A DNA stretch of 64,000 bases from Planctomycetota bacterium. Lineage in GTDB: Bacteria; Planctomycetota; JACQVV01; JASMLP01. Position numbers and translations under genes: made by a program. Every line of letters begins with the position of its first letter. Position 1 is the stretch's first letter. This document shows, piece by piece, positions 30,000 to 39,922 of this stretch. The notes beneath the pieces were generated by a model that saw only the letters and a program-made list of their open reading frames with translations, did no database searches and had not been told where the DNA came from. Location: NCBI GenBank assembly GCA_030748635.1, contig JASMLP010000112.1, forward strand, positions 1,422 through 65,421. The letters are read 5' to 3'.

Positions 30000-31163
30000 T
30001 CAGCGCTTCGATTGGCGGGCACACAGTCCGCAAATCCCTAATTCCCGGGCACAGAAAAGACAAAGAATCCTTTGCTTCGATCGACTTTTCTTTTCGCAAC
30101 GCCGACAAGTTCCCGGAATCAATTCTTCTAGATGCCCACCCGAACAAACTCCCGATCGAACAAACCGGACCCTATCCGGAGACGCATCCACGGACCGACC
30201 GGAACGAATCGTCAGGTAAATCGTTTCGGAAACGATCACTCCAGCAGTTGTGCCCGAATGGCTGGAGCCTTCGGAGTTTTCGAGAAATGTCGCTACCGGT
30301 ATACGCGCACTCACACGATACCGTCCCGGCAGGAGTGGAGGATACAAACGCCTCAGGTCGAAAGCCCTGTCCAGCGCCTGACCCCCCTTCAACCGAATCA
30401 CCGGGGGTTCGGTTGGAAAACGCGCCTCGTCGGGAGTCGAATGGGGTTCGATCAACTTCCACACCCCTGGAGATTTCTCCAGAGAGACCTCGACTCGAAG
30501 ATCTTCGATCCAGGATCCGGCGGAAAGTCGAATAGCCTCCTGACCAATCGGAATCAGGCGAACCCAGATCAGAGCCGGTTCGTTGACAGCATCGATCTCC
30601 TTCCAGGAAGAGAGAATTCTCAAACAAACCGAATCACTCCGCGTCGAAGCTCTGGGAACAGTCCTCTCCCGAGCCCCTTCAGACCCCGAATCCGAATTTT
30701 CTATTCTCGACCCCCTCTGCGTCTCTGCCACGCGGAGCAAGCGCTTGACCTCGGCCACGGTCCCCTCGAAAACACGTTCCGCCCCCTTATCCGGATTCAC
30801 CAACCGATAGCCCCCAATATGCTCGGAGTCCCAGCACAAATAAAATAGATACTGGCGGCCGGCAAGCCAGGCGACCCGCTTCCTCTGATCCGCAGAACCG
30901 ACTCTTCGTTGCGCATGAACCACAAATGTCGTCGGAGGCGCTGGCCCGGCAAGAACCTCCTGAAGCTGACAGCGGATGCGATAGGCCTTCAGAATCCCTT
31001 CAGAACCGACCTCGAGCTCTTGCGAATCGACTTTGAGGATCTCGGCCGAGACGATCAGATCCGAGTATCGAATCCGATCTGACGGGTCCTCATCCTGTGC
31101 AAAAAGAACGATCGGAAGAAAAAGAGAAAAGCCGATAAAAACCGAATTGTTCAGCCTTGCCAC
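30000..31163 (-). CDS. Exported hypothetical protein with C-terminal Cys-rich (CRIPT-like) domain
   Basis: Start moved to GTG 31163 (signal-like VFIGFSLFLPIVLFA) because the ORF-track extension overlaps two other genes; C-terminal CRRC..CLFC..GICGLC. Confidence 0.72.
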   Translation of the reverse strand: MARLNNSVFIGFSLFLPIVLFAQDEDPSDRIRYSDLIVSAEILKVDSQELEVGSEGILKAYRIRCQLQEVLAGPAPPTTFVVHAQRRVGSADQRKRVAWLAGRQYLFYLCWDSEHIGGYRLVNPDKGAERVFEGTVAEVKRLLRVAETQRGSRIENSDSGSEGARERTVPRASTRSDSVCLRILSSWKEIDAVNEPALIWVRLIPIGQEAIRLSAGSWIEDLRVEVSLEKSPGVWKLIEPHSTPDEARFPTEPPVIRLKGGQALDRAFDLRRLYPPLLPGRYRVSARIPVATFLENSEGSSHSGTTAGVIVSETIYLTIRSGRSVDASPDRVRFVRSGVCSGGHLEELIPGTCRRCEKKSRSKQRILCLFCARELGICGLCARQSKR

Positions 31164-31195
31164 CCAAGCGACGATTCCCCGACTCGCCCCCACCG

Positions 31196-31375
31196 TCAAC
31201 GAATCCACTGACACAGGAGATACAAGGCCGCTCCGAAGGAGACAATTCCAAAATAGAGTTGCAGAAAGAACTTCACTCCCTCTCCGACGAAACTCGAGAC
31301 CTTTTCTTCTTTGATCGCGACACAAACCACCGAGATCACATAACAGATCGGGAGGAGTTCCAACAAAGGATTCAT
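31196..31375 (-). CDS. 59-aa two-TM membrane protein
   Basis: MNPLLELLPICYVISVVCVAIKEE...LYFGIVSFGAALYLL; ATGA overlap with the upstream stop. Confidence 0.75.
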   Translation of the reverse strand: MNPLLELLPICYVISVVCVAIKEEKVSSFVGEGVKFFLQLYFGIVSFGAALYLLCQWIR

Positions 31376-31785
31376 GCCAGCCCCTGCTCGGAAGCTTCCG
31401 ACCCCGAACGACATCCCAAATCGTGGGCATCCATGATCACGAGAGCGTTGAGGAGGCCCGCGCACGTGGTGTAAAGAAAACCCATATCAAGTCCTGGGAT
31501 TTCCGCCCCAAACGGTTCCATACCCGAGGTGACCCAAGAAGCGACGAGAGTCGGCAATCCCAAGAATATCTGTCCCAAAAAATAGTACGGATGATCCCGA
31601 CTTGTCACGATCCGCATCTCTCCCATAGAAAAACCGGCGCTGAAAGCGCACAGCAAAACAGAAAAGAAAAGAACCGCCTGAAAACGGCGCCCCAAATACC
31701 AATGGCCCGCGCCGGGAATCAACCAGGCGAGAAAGACCGCAAGGATAGGATTTTTCTTCACTGCACCCTCATCAGCATGATTCAT
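31372..31785 (-). CDS. DUF6677-like membrane protein
   Basis: NPILAVFLAWLIPGAGHWYLGR...GFLYTTCAGLLNALVIMDA. Confidence 0.8.
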   Translation of the reverse strand: MNHADEGAVKKNPILAVFLAWLIPGAGHWYLGRRFQAVLFFSVLLCAFSAGFSMGEMRIVTSRDHPYYFLGQIFLGLPTLVASWVTSGMEPFGAEIPGLDMGFLYTTCAGLLNALVIMDAHDLGCRSGSEASEQGLA

Positions 31786-31830
31786 GAAAAATGCAAGACT
31801 CCGAGAGTTTAGGACGCTCACTTCGCCGAA

Positions 31831-32334
31831 TCAAGCCGGGGAATCATCCTTCGGATTCGCAAGCACCTGTTTGCGCCGAACAGCCTCGGCCACCACCCGA
31901 GGGACATATTTCTCGATCGCCCCACCGTGCCAGGCGACCTCTCGAACCAGAGAACTGGCGACAAAAAGATTCTCCGGCGAAGCGAGCAAAAATACCGTTT
32001 CTAGACCCCCACCAAGATCCCGGTTGGTGAAAGCCATGGGAAATTCTTGGCCCAGGTCTCCAGCCCCTCTCAACCCTCGGACCAGAACATCACACTCTTG
32101 CTCTTGGGCGAAATCGACCACAAGTCCTTGAAAGGGAAGAACCTCGACACCGTCGATCTCCGCGGTACTCTGCCTCACCAAGTCCAGCCGTTCTTCCAGC
32201 GAAAACCAACTCTTTTTACGCGCATTTTCCCCGACACCGATGAGAACTCCCCCGAACAGACCGCAAGCCCGACGAATAATGTCGAGATGCCCTCGAGTGA
32301 TCGGATCGAAGCTTCCAGCATAAACCGCGCGCAT
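31831..32334 (-). CDS. coaD: Phosphopantetheine adenylyltransferase
   Basis: AVYAGSFDPITRGHLDII, LVRGLR, ETVFL, SSLVRE. Confidence 0.97.
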   Translation of the reverse strand: MRAVYAGSFDPITRGHLDIIRRACGLFGGVLIGVGENARKKSWFSLEERLDLVRQSTAEIDGVEVLPFQGLVVDFAQEQECDVLVRGLRGAGDLGQEFPMAFTNRDLGGGLETVFLLASPENLFVASSLVREVAWHGGAIEKYVPRVVAEAVRRKQVLANPKDDSPA

Positions 32335-32461
32335 GATGCGTTTTATAGTACCCGAAACCTCCCTAATCTATCCATGCGGAGCCGACGATACCGTAGAGTC
32401 GAACCAAACATCTAGGCTCCTCCGATCGGTCCAGCCCTTTCGTAGGAACCATTTATTCGAG

Positions 32462-32489
32462 TTGACACCTCCATCTGGCCGGATATAGT
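32462..32489 (+). promoter_or_regulatory. Sigma70-type promoter
   Basis: TTGACA-N16-TATAGT upstream of 32541. Confidence 0.65.
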
Positions 32490-32540
32490 TGGCAACCTGC
32501 TTCGATCTCCATCTTCACAGGCTTAAAGGGAGTCCACGTC

Positions 32541-33416
32541 GTGTTGACGAGACATCTAACAATCCTCGCTCTGGTCCTCGTTTTCCTGTCTTCCAGTCTT
32601 GTAAGTGCCCAAAGTTGTCAATGGGACCCAGACAAGAAAGCGACTCACGTCAAATGCTACAAATTCAAAAAAAGCCAGACGGGCAACATCCTAGGCATCG
32701 AAGAGATTGTCTACAAACCATGGGCAACCAAGTACTTCGACTATCGGCGCTCCAAAGGCCGTGACGTAGAAGAACTGGAACAGACTTACGACGCATTCTA
32801 TTTCCTCTCCGACAACCTCTGCGACCTGGATATCGTTCTGGAACTGGCAGATGCCAGAGGGCGAGGAAATAACGCCTTGCTGGAGAGCCTGGAAGAGGCG
32901 TCCCAAGAGATCAAACTCAAACTGCTTCGCGAAGAATTCGAGAAAACTCTCGATCAAGACGCCATCCGCACAGCGATTCTCGAACGACTCGAAGCCCATG
33001 TCGCGGTGAAGGAAAAAGCCTATTCCCGCGCCCAAGCCGCGATCAAAAAGGCGGATCCATCCAAAGTAGACGCGACCGATGCCGAGGCCTGGAAAGCCGC
33101 CAACGCCACCTGGGACAATGCGCACAAAAAGCTCCAGAAAGCCTCAACGGAACTCCGGAATGCTCGCCAGTACATCCACGATCTTGACAAGATCAAGATC
33201 TCACATACTGCCGACTGCATTCGTCCCGCTCACGACACCTACGTACGTAGGTTGGGCGCAGAAGATCATCTCACACTGCAATACGATCCAGAAAATTACT
33301 CCAAGGTCGAAGAGGAGGACAATCAAAAGGGAATGCTCTTTTTCGGCATTCTGGCCGGAATCGTTGTTCTCGGCTCTCTCCTTTGCGGAGTGATCATGAA
33401 GATTATCGGTGACTGA
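32541..33416 (+). CDS. Hypothetical exported coiled-coil protein with C-terminal TM anchor
   Basis: Signal peptide ending LVSA; helical body; C-terminal hydrophobic helix; own promoter and terminator. Confidence 0.82.
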   Translation: MLTRHLTILALVLVFLSSSLVSAQSCQWDPDKKATHVKCYKFKKSQTGNILGIEEIVYKPWATKYFDYRRSKGRDVEELEQTYDAFYFLSDNLCDLDIVLELADARGRGNNALLESLEEASQEIKLKLLREEFEKTLDQDAIRTAILERLEAHVAVKEKAYSRAQAAIKKADPSKVDATDAEAWKAANATWDNAHKKLQKASTELRNARQYIHDLDKIKISHTADCIRPAHDTYVRRLGAEDHLTLQYDPENYSKVEEEDNQKGMLFFGILAGIVVLGSLLCGVIMKIIGD

Positions 33417-33450
33417 TCTCCTCACACCGTACCTCTGCAAAATGTATCAG

Positions 33451-33478
33451 GGCCCTGTTCGCAACAGGGCCTTTTTTT
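33451..33478 (+). terminator. Rho-independent terminator
   Basis: GGCCCTGTT-CGC-AACAGGGCC-TTTTTTT. Confidence 0.9.
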
Positions 33479-33509
33479 GTCTTCGAAGTCGTCCTGACGG
33501 AAATTTCTG

Positions 33510-35141
33510 GTGACCTTTACCCATCCCAATTTTCTTTGGTTACTTGGCCTGATCCCGGTTTTGTTTCTTTTGAGTCGTTATCGATCGTCTCAAAAAACAA
33601 CCCGAGTGGCGTCATTGATTATTTGGGGTCGAGTACGTGATCAACTGACGGAACAACACGCCTTTCAGCGTCACCGCTCCGATCCATGGAAGTGGATTCA
33701 GTTCGCTCTTTTGGCCTCCCTGTGCCTGGCTTCCGCCGGCCCCATCATCCCTGGTCTCAACTCCCGGGCCGAACACTCTTTGCAGGTATTGATCGAAGAT
33801 ACACCGCGCCTACAGGCTCATCTCGACAACGGGAAACAGGTTCTGGAGCAGATCCAAGACATTTTGAACTCCTCGGAATGGAAATCTCGCATCGATGCCG
33901 ACCGCGCCCCGTCCCGAGTCCGCCTGGAAGATCTCTGGAACCTTCCAGCCACATCTAAATCCCAGGTCTTTTTCTCGGACCGTCCCCCCGCGGAGCCCAA
34001 AGATTTCCCTTCGCAGATACATTGGACTCAGGTAGCCCAAGAACCCAACCACAATGTCGGACTGATCGCTTTTGATCTCACTCGAGAAGAATCTCCCCCC
34101 CACACCCACCGGGCGATGATTGTCATCCGGAACTATTCCGACCGACCTCACCCGAATGCTCGACTTGAAATTACCGACACCGAGAGCAATCGGAAGCTCC
34201 ATCAGTTTCCCATCCCTCTCGAACCGAACAGGACAGTCGAACGGACCTTTCGGCTCAATCTCACCGACCAAGACCAGGTCTGCCTTCAGGTCGAAGGAAT
34301 CGAGAACGATCCTTTTTCACTCGACGATCAGATCTGGATTGGGCGACACCCTACCCTACGAGTTCACATTCCTCCCGATCTGTTTCCAGGCGTCGAAGAC
34401 GCACTGGAGGCGAACGGCGGTGTCACGCTTTCTCCTCCCCATTCATGTGACCTCATCATCGCCCGAGATACCCTGCCCCCAAACACAGCACTTCTTCAGA
34501 TTCTTTTCCTGACCCCCCCCGATCCCCCCTCCGCATCCGGGTCATTGGAAGGTTCTGAAAACGATCGCTGGCTCAGGAACAGTTCGCTTGTCGGACGTCA
34601 CCTACGTTCCTTTAGGCCCCCTCCTCCCCGAGGGAATATTCTCCTTTCTCTCAACGGCACTCCTGTTGCCAGGCACTTCCAAAATGCGGAAGGTAATCAC
34701 CGACTCACATTCGGATTTCTTCCCGCCGATGTTTCCGATTGGACGCAACAACCCGGATTCGGGATATTTTGGCACCACATAATCCAGTTTCTTCTCCCCT
34801 CCCCAGGGCGTCTTTCCACCTTTCGATTCGGACAACCGGTCCCCATAGCGCTCAGACGTCTTGTCCCCAAATTGACTGGTATCGATCATTTCAGACAGAT
34901 CGGCCCCATGCATTCCTCGAACTTCCACCTCGGAGTGAGCCTACTCGACTCAAATCAAAGTCGAGTCGCGGGTCGGGCCGTAGACTTTCCCGACCCGCCC
35001 GATCCGTCCCCCACCCGAGAAGGTTCTCAATCTTTTGATCTTTCCCACCTTCTGTTCTTCCTGGTTATCTTATTGACCCTGGGATACGCTTCGCGGGACA
35101 GGTTTTCTCCCCCCCCCTCCTCGGGCAGGATTCAACCGTAA
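33510..35141 (+). CDS. BatA N-terminal double-TM domain protein with Ig-like segment
   Basis: MTFTHPNFLWLLGLIP...ASLIIW...LASAGP; NVGLI...VIRNYS...FSLDDQ; C-terminal TM. Confidence 0.78.
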   Translation: MTFTHPNFLWLLGLIPVLFLLSRYRSSQKTTRVASLIIWGRVRDQLTEQHAFQRHRSDPWKWIQFALLASLCLASAGPIIPGLNSRAEHSLQVLIEDTPRLQAHLDNGKQVLEQIQDILNSSEWKSRIDADRAPSRVRLEDLWNLPATSKSQVFFSDRPPAEPKDFPSQIHWTQVAQEPNHNVGLIAFDLTREESPPHTHRAMIVIRNYSDRPHPNARLEITDTESNRKLHQFPIPLEPNRTVERTFRLNLTDQDQVCLQVEGIENDPFSLDDQIWIGRHPTLRVHIPPDLFPGVEDALEANGGVTLSPPHSCDLIIARDTLPPNTALLQILFLTPPDPPSASGSLEGSENDRWLRNSSLVGRHLRSFRPPPPRGNILLSLNGTPVARHFQNAEGNHRLTFGFLPADVSDWTQQPGFGIFWHHIIQFLLPSPGRLSTFRFGQPVPIALRRLVPKLTGIDHFRQIGPMHSSNFHLGVSLLDSNQSRVAGRAVDFPDPPDPSPTREGSQSFDLSHLLFFLVILLTLGYASRDRFSPPPSSGRIQP

Positions 35142-36043
35142 TGCGAATCTGGCAACGCTTCCTTTTCATCCAAATCGTACTGGCGACCATCTTGGTCACC
35201 TTCCTGATTCTTCGAAGCAATCCCTCTTCCGAAGAGATCCTGAAAGATCGCGTAACTCTTTTCCTCAAAACCCTCCGTGAAGATCAAGCCTCGACGCTCA
35301 CCGAAACAGATGGAAAAAAACGAGGGATCGGCCCCTACCCAACTCTTCTCGATTTCATTGCCAAAAAAGATTTCGAGACCATTTCAGCCAGCCTGGTCCC
35401 GATGCTTGAACACCTGGACAAACAACATCAAACAGGGAAAAACCTCGTCGACAAGCTTCATTTTCATGCCTGGTTGCGGGGACTCCAGAGGTTGAGCCCC
35501 CCTCATCACGCCCTCTTCAAAATGCTTATCGAGTTGGCTCAAGAGGAACCAGGATTCCGAATTGGTGATTCCGTTTTGGTTACAATCGACAGGAAACAAT
35601 ATCCCGCGATTTTGACGAAAATCGGGTCCGAACCCGCCCCGGGACTCGTTCACATCAAACTTCCCAATCGCAAGGAGATGATCGTCCGCGAGAACAGTCT
35701 CTCCGAGTCTTCCACCCAACGAAGAATTCGACTAGCCAGAGAATTCATTCTTCGCCACGTACACATTCAGTTCGAAACAATCAATCTGCATCAAATCCGA
35801 ATCCAGAAAATCACCTCGATCTCCCCCCCTGAATCCACCGACTCACCATCCTATCCGGCACAAACAACCGACAAAAAATCAGATATCTACCTTGTCCAGG
35901 TAACCGATGGCGTCAAGTCGATCTCCTTTCGATGGCACAAGAAACGTCTTCATTACCGGGATCCTGGCGCCTGGTATCTGGATCTCGTTCAATGGTGGAC
36001 TCCACTACCGGTCACCCCCTTTATCAAACCCAGCCCATCATGA
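35141..36043 (+). CDS. Hypothetical membrane-anchored protein
   Basis: 300-aa ORF translationally coupled on both sides; N-terminal TM. Confidence 0.7.
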   Translation: MRIWQRFLFIQIVLATILVTFLILRSNPSSEEILKDRVTLFLKTLREDQASTLTETDGKKRGIGPYPTLLDFIAKKDFETISASLVPMLEHLDKQHQTGKNLVDKLHFHAWLRGLQRLSPPHHALFKMLIELAQEEPGFRIGDSVLVTIDRKQYPAILTKIGSEPAPGLVHIKLPNRKEMIVRENSLSESSTQRRIRLAREFILRHVHIQFETINLHQIRIQKITSISPPESTDSPSYPAQTTDKKSDIYLVQVTDGVKSISFRWHKKRLHYRDPGAWYLDLVQWWTPLPVTPFIKPSPS

Positions 36044-37002
36044 AACGCCTCCACATCACTTCATTTCTTCTGCTCGCTCTTCTGGGAACCGGAAGTTGCT
36101 CACGGGATAAGCCCCCCAGGTCGCCCAAACCTCCTGCCCCGTCCCCACCACTGCCCAAGCAATCCCACCGATTTCCCACTCCGGAACTCCCTCCAGAAAC
36201 CCGCAAGACCGCTCTCGATCTACTGGAAAAATATGGAAATCCCAACCTAGACGACGCGCGCGCGGTAGAAATCCGAAAACGCCTCGTCCAAATGGGACAC
36301 CCGATCAGCTCCTGGCTTCTTTCTCGAATGCTCTCAAGTGACCGCACCCAACACCCCTTTCGGGATGAAGATATCGTTGAAATCCTGCAAGCGATGGAGG
36401 CCAAACATCTCGTCCCCACATGCCTGGACCTGCTCAGTCGAGTGGACGCCTCTCGTCGCCGACTCCTGGCCGATCTCCTGCTGAAAATTGGCACGTCGAA
36501 ACTCTCGGGCCCGCTGACCGATATTATCCTTCGCCCGAATACGGACCGTTCACTCCGTATGACTTGCGCTGGGCTACTCATCCGATTCCGAAACCCCGAA
36601 ACCGTTCAACGGCTCCTCAAGGTAGCCAGCACCCCCGAACACCCAGCGGCTCCAATTTCCACCTACATCCTGGGACGACTTCAAGCCCCTGAAGCGCTAC
36701 CAGTCCTTCTCAACATCCTCACACTGGGTCATAACCCCCGATTCCCCCCCGACGCCTTGACCGATAACTGTCGAGCCGAAGCTGCCCAATCCATCAGCCT
36801 TATCGGTATTTCCAACCGGTCGATTCTCGACGCCCTCGAATCTTCGGTGCGATCCGACCCCTCAATTTCTGTTCGAGTACGCGCACTAGAAGCCCTCGAA
36901 ACACTGGATATCGAGTTCGCCCGCAAACGCTTAGAGGATCTACGCGAAGTTCCACAACCCGCTATTCGCGAAGTGCTCGAACGAATATTTGCCGGTTCCT
37001 GA
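36040..37002 (+). CDS. HEAT-repeat lipoprotein
   Basis: MKRLHITSFLLLALLGTGSC lipobox, Pro-rich linker, HEAT repeats (DPSISVRVRALEAL). Confidence 0.8.
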   Translation: MKRLHITSFLLLALLGTGSCSRDKPPRSPKPPAPSPPLPKQSHRFPTPELPPETRKTALDLLEKYGNPNLDDARAVEIRKRLVQMGHPISSWLLSRMLSSDRTQHPFRDEDIVEILQAMEAKHLVPTCLDLLSRVDASRRRLLADLLLKIGTSKLSGPLTDIILRPNTDRSLRMTCAGLLIRFRNPETVQRLLKVASTPEHPAAPISTYILGRLQAPEALPVLLNILTLGHNPRFPPDALTDNCRAEAAQSISLIGISNRSILDALESSVRSDPSISVRVRALEALETLDIEFARKRLEDLREVPQPAIREVLERIFAGS

Positions 37003-37027
37003 ATCTCCGGTCAAGCCTCTCTATCAC

Positions 37028-38554
37028 CTACCCCGATTTTTCAGGAGAGGACCGATGGGCTCGCCAGAGCAAACCCAGAACCACGAATCCACACAGAAAA
37101 ACGAACGCATCTCCTAACCGGGTGTACAGCGATCTCCTGGGGTCCAGTCGAATCGATCGAACCAGTACCCCCTCGACATCGACTGATTGACCGTCTACTT
37201 CGAGACGATTTTCGATTCGGATTCTCCCAGTCGACTCGATGATTTCCGTAATTCCACTATTTCCTGACCGAACAACCGGTACACGGTTCTCAACCGCCCG
37301 AAAGACTGCCACCTGTTCCAGTTGTTCATATTCCGTTGAACCCCGAAACCACCCCTCGTTAGTCAAATTAATGAGGAAGTCGGCTCCTCGCCCCACAAAA
37401 GATCGGGAGATCCATGGGTGAACGACCTCGAAACAGATGGGCACACCGAATCGGATCCCCTTCAATTCGAAAAGAACCTGCTCTTTCCCCGAAGATATCT
37501 CCGGAACGAAATGGGCTGTCTCCAACACGATCTCTTCCAATCGAGGAAAAACGCTCTTTCCTGGAACATATTCCCCGAATGGGACCAGATGGATCTTGTC
37601 GCATCGCCCAAGAACCTCTCCTTCAGCATCAAGGAAAAATGCGCTGTTGGCGACCTGATAGGTTGCGTCCGTTTCTCGCAATGAAGCCGCGTTGGAACCG
37701 ATCAAAAAAGGGATTCCGGCCGAACGAACCATCTCTTGAGTTTGAACCGTTTCCACACAACTGTACCCATAAAACCCGGGAAACATGGTTTCCGGCCAAA
37801 CGACCAGATCGGGGTTTTCTCTCAACGCTTGGCGAGTCCAGTAGATGTGACGGGCCAGAATCTCCTCGGGTTGCGTTCCCGCCACTTTCAATTCCTGCGC
37901 GATGTTGGCCTGTACCAAGGCAATTCGAGGTCCCTCTATTGGTGCGGTCGATTTCAATTGAACCACACCATAAGCCAGAACGAACAGCGCCACACACCCG
38001 GTTACCAGGCAAACGCGTAAACGACGATTCTTCAAGACCAGGTCCACGCCAGTGGCCCCGAATAGAACCACTACAAACGTAACTCCGTAAGCTCCGAACA
38101 GGTCGGCTATCTGAATCCACGCCAATCGCCCGGAAAGAGCGTGTCCCAGATACAGCCAGGCAAACCCGGTCAGCACGAATGAGCGAAATCCGTCCAGAAC
38201 CACCCAGACGAAGGGGGCCACCCAAGCTACCGGCCACTTCGTACGACGCGCGATCCACCCGATGATGGAAAAGAGGAGACCGCCATAAAACGACAGGATC
38301 ACTGAAGAGACGATCAACCCCGGCCAACTCACCACCGACATCCATCGCAAACCGATCAGGTAAACGGCCAAACTCCCCAGATAACCGTACACGAAACCGA
38401 TTCGTGGTCCCGCACGCAGAGCGACCAGAAGCCAAGGAACAGGGGCCAAGAAGATAAGAACATCCAGTCCAAAGGGGGGAAAGGCCAGAATCGTCAGAAG
38501 GGCTCCCAGAGCCACTCCCAAGGTGAGCAAAATCGACTCACGCATCCAGCCCAC
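37028..38554 (-). CDS. lnt: Apolipoprotein N-acyltransferase
   Basis: LAFPP, GFAW, VQANI, VVWPET, KIHLVPFGEY, ICFE, TNEGWF, RAVENR, NSGIT. Confidence 0.96.
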   Translation of the reverse strand: MGWMRESILLTLGVALGALLTILAFPPFGLDVLIFLAPVPWLLVALRAGPRIGFVYGYLGSLAVYLIGLRWMSVVSWPGLIVSSVILSFYGGLLFSIIGWIARRTKWPVAWVAPFVWVVLDGFRSFVLTGFAWLYLGHALSGRLAWIQIADLFGAYGVTFVVVLFGATGVDLVLKNRRLRVCLVTGCVALFVLAYGVVQLKSTAPIEGPRIALVQANIAQELKVAGTQPEEILARHIYWTRQALRENPDLVVWPETMFPGFYGYSCVETVQTQEMVRSAGIPFLIGSNAASLRETDATYQVANSAFFLDAEGEVLGRCDKIHLVPFGEYVPGKSVFPRLEEIVLETAHFVPEISSGKEQVLFELKGIRFGVPICFEVVHPWISRSFVGRGADFLINLTNEGWFRGSTEYEQLEQVAVFRAVENRVPVVRSGNSGITEIIESTGRIRIENRLEVDGQSVDVEGVLVRSIRLDPRRSLYTRLGDAFVFLCGFVVLGLLWRAHRSSPEKSG

Positions 38555-39779
38555 CTCCTATCAGATGTTTTGAGACAATCACTCGAACGGAACATCCTGA
38601 TTCGATCGACTCTTCTTGAATAGGAACCTCGAGAAACCCATCGACATCCACGAGACGACAAAGATCAGCCGAACCGGCCCAGGGCAGAGGGTGAACCACC
38701 CACCCCTCCTCCCCGGTGGATTCCAAACGGGCAGGTAGGTACTGAACCCGATTCGAGCCCCTTAAAGGCTTCTCGGATTCCAGTCGCGCACGAACGGTTA
38801 CCAGTGGAATATCTTTGCGTCCGGACATTTTCCTCAACGTAGGACCGACGAACAACAGAAAGGTAATGAAACTGGAGACCGGATTTCCCGGAAGCCCAAA
38901 AACCATCGTCGTTCCCGCACGCCCGAAACTGAGAGGCTTTCCTGGCTTAACCGCAACTTTCTCGAACTGCATCTCGACATTTTCCGCATGCATAGCGCGA
39001 TGAACAAAATCGTACTCTCCCATGGAAACACCACCCGAGAAGAGGAGTACATCGATGTGACCTATCGCTTCACGCAGTGTGGCTCGCGTCACTTCCAGAT
39101 CGTCAGGAAGAAGCCGGGACCAGACAACTTCTGCTCCCGCGCACCGAGCCATACTTTCAATTGTATATCGATTTGAATTCCGTATCTGGCCCGGTTCGGG
39201 CACACGATCGATTTCAACCAATTCGTCACCGGTTGACACGAAAGCGACTCGGGGTCGGGCAAAGACCCGCACCTGGCTTCTGCCCACCATGGCCGCGACC
39301 CCAACCGCGGCGGGGACCATACAGGTTCCCGCTGGCAAAACGACATGTCCCACTTTCGTAATCCGCCCTTGAGGTTCGATGTTCATTCCCTCCGGTACCG
39401 ACACTTCAAACCGAACCGTTTTCCCGCCATTTTCTCGGGAAGTATCTTCAACACGAACCACAGAGTCTGCCCCCGCGGGGACCGGAGCACCCGTCATGAT
39501 CGAAACGACCTGCCCGGGCTTCAGTTCGATAGGCGAAATCGAACCGGCAGGAACTTCCCCTACACATTCCAATTTCACCGGCACCTGACGAACATCTTTC
39601 GAGCGAACAGCGAATCCATCCATAGCACTTCGATGAAACGGCGGAATATCTAAGTCGCTGACCACATCCTCCGCGAGTACACGCCCTTCAGAAAATTGAA
39701 GTTCGACCACTTCAGTCCTGGAATCCGGCACCTGCAGGAGAACACGCCTGAGAGCCTCATCGATGGATATCATTCGCAA
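38538..39779 (-). CDS. moeA: Molybdopterin molybdenumtransferase
   Basis: GRVLAED, PPFHRSAMDGFA, IMTGAPVP, STGDEL, SGGVSMGEYD, KPGKP, GLPGNP. Confidence 0.96.
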   Translation of the reverse strand: MRMISIDEALRRVLLQVPDSRTEVVELQFSEGRVLAEDVVSDLDIPPFHRSAMDGFAVRSKDVRQVPVKLECVGEVPAGSISPIELKPGQVVSIMTGAPVPAGADSVVRVEDTSRENGGKTVRFEVSVPEGMNIEPQGRITKVGHVVLPAGTCMVPAAVGVAAMVGRSQVRVFARPRVAFVSTGDELVEIDRVPEPGQIRNSNRYTIESMARCAGAEVVWSRLLPDDLEVTRATLREAIGHIDVLLFSGGVSMGEYDFVHRAMHAENVEMQFEKVAVKPGKPLSFGRAGTTMVFGLPGNPVSSFITFLLFVGPTLRKMSGRKDIPLVTVRARLESEKPLRGSNRVQYLPARLESTGEEGWVVHPLPWAGSADLCRLVDVDGFLEVPIQEESIESGCSVRVIVSKHLIGGGLDA

Positions 39780-39922
39780 GTCTCCATAAACAACAAATTA
39801 CCTCACAAGAACCGGCCAAGAAGTGGCATTATACGATTGCGAGCAAAAGTATCCTCTTTGTGTGAATCGTAGCCTCCTCGAATCACCCGCCGATCGATAC
39901 AATATTTCCATCATTACATCAC

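Noticed and set aside
29867-30535. 222-aa plus-strand ORF
   Set aside because: Starts inside the tRNA and is antisense to a better-supported gene
31164-31430. N-terminal extension of the 476-aa ORF
   Set aside because: Overlaps the 59-aa membrane protein and DUF6677-like gene; the signal-like segment starts at 31163
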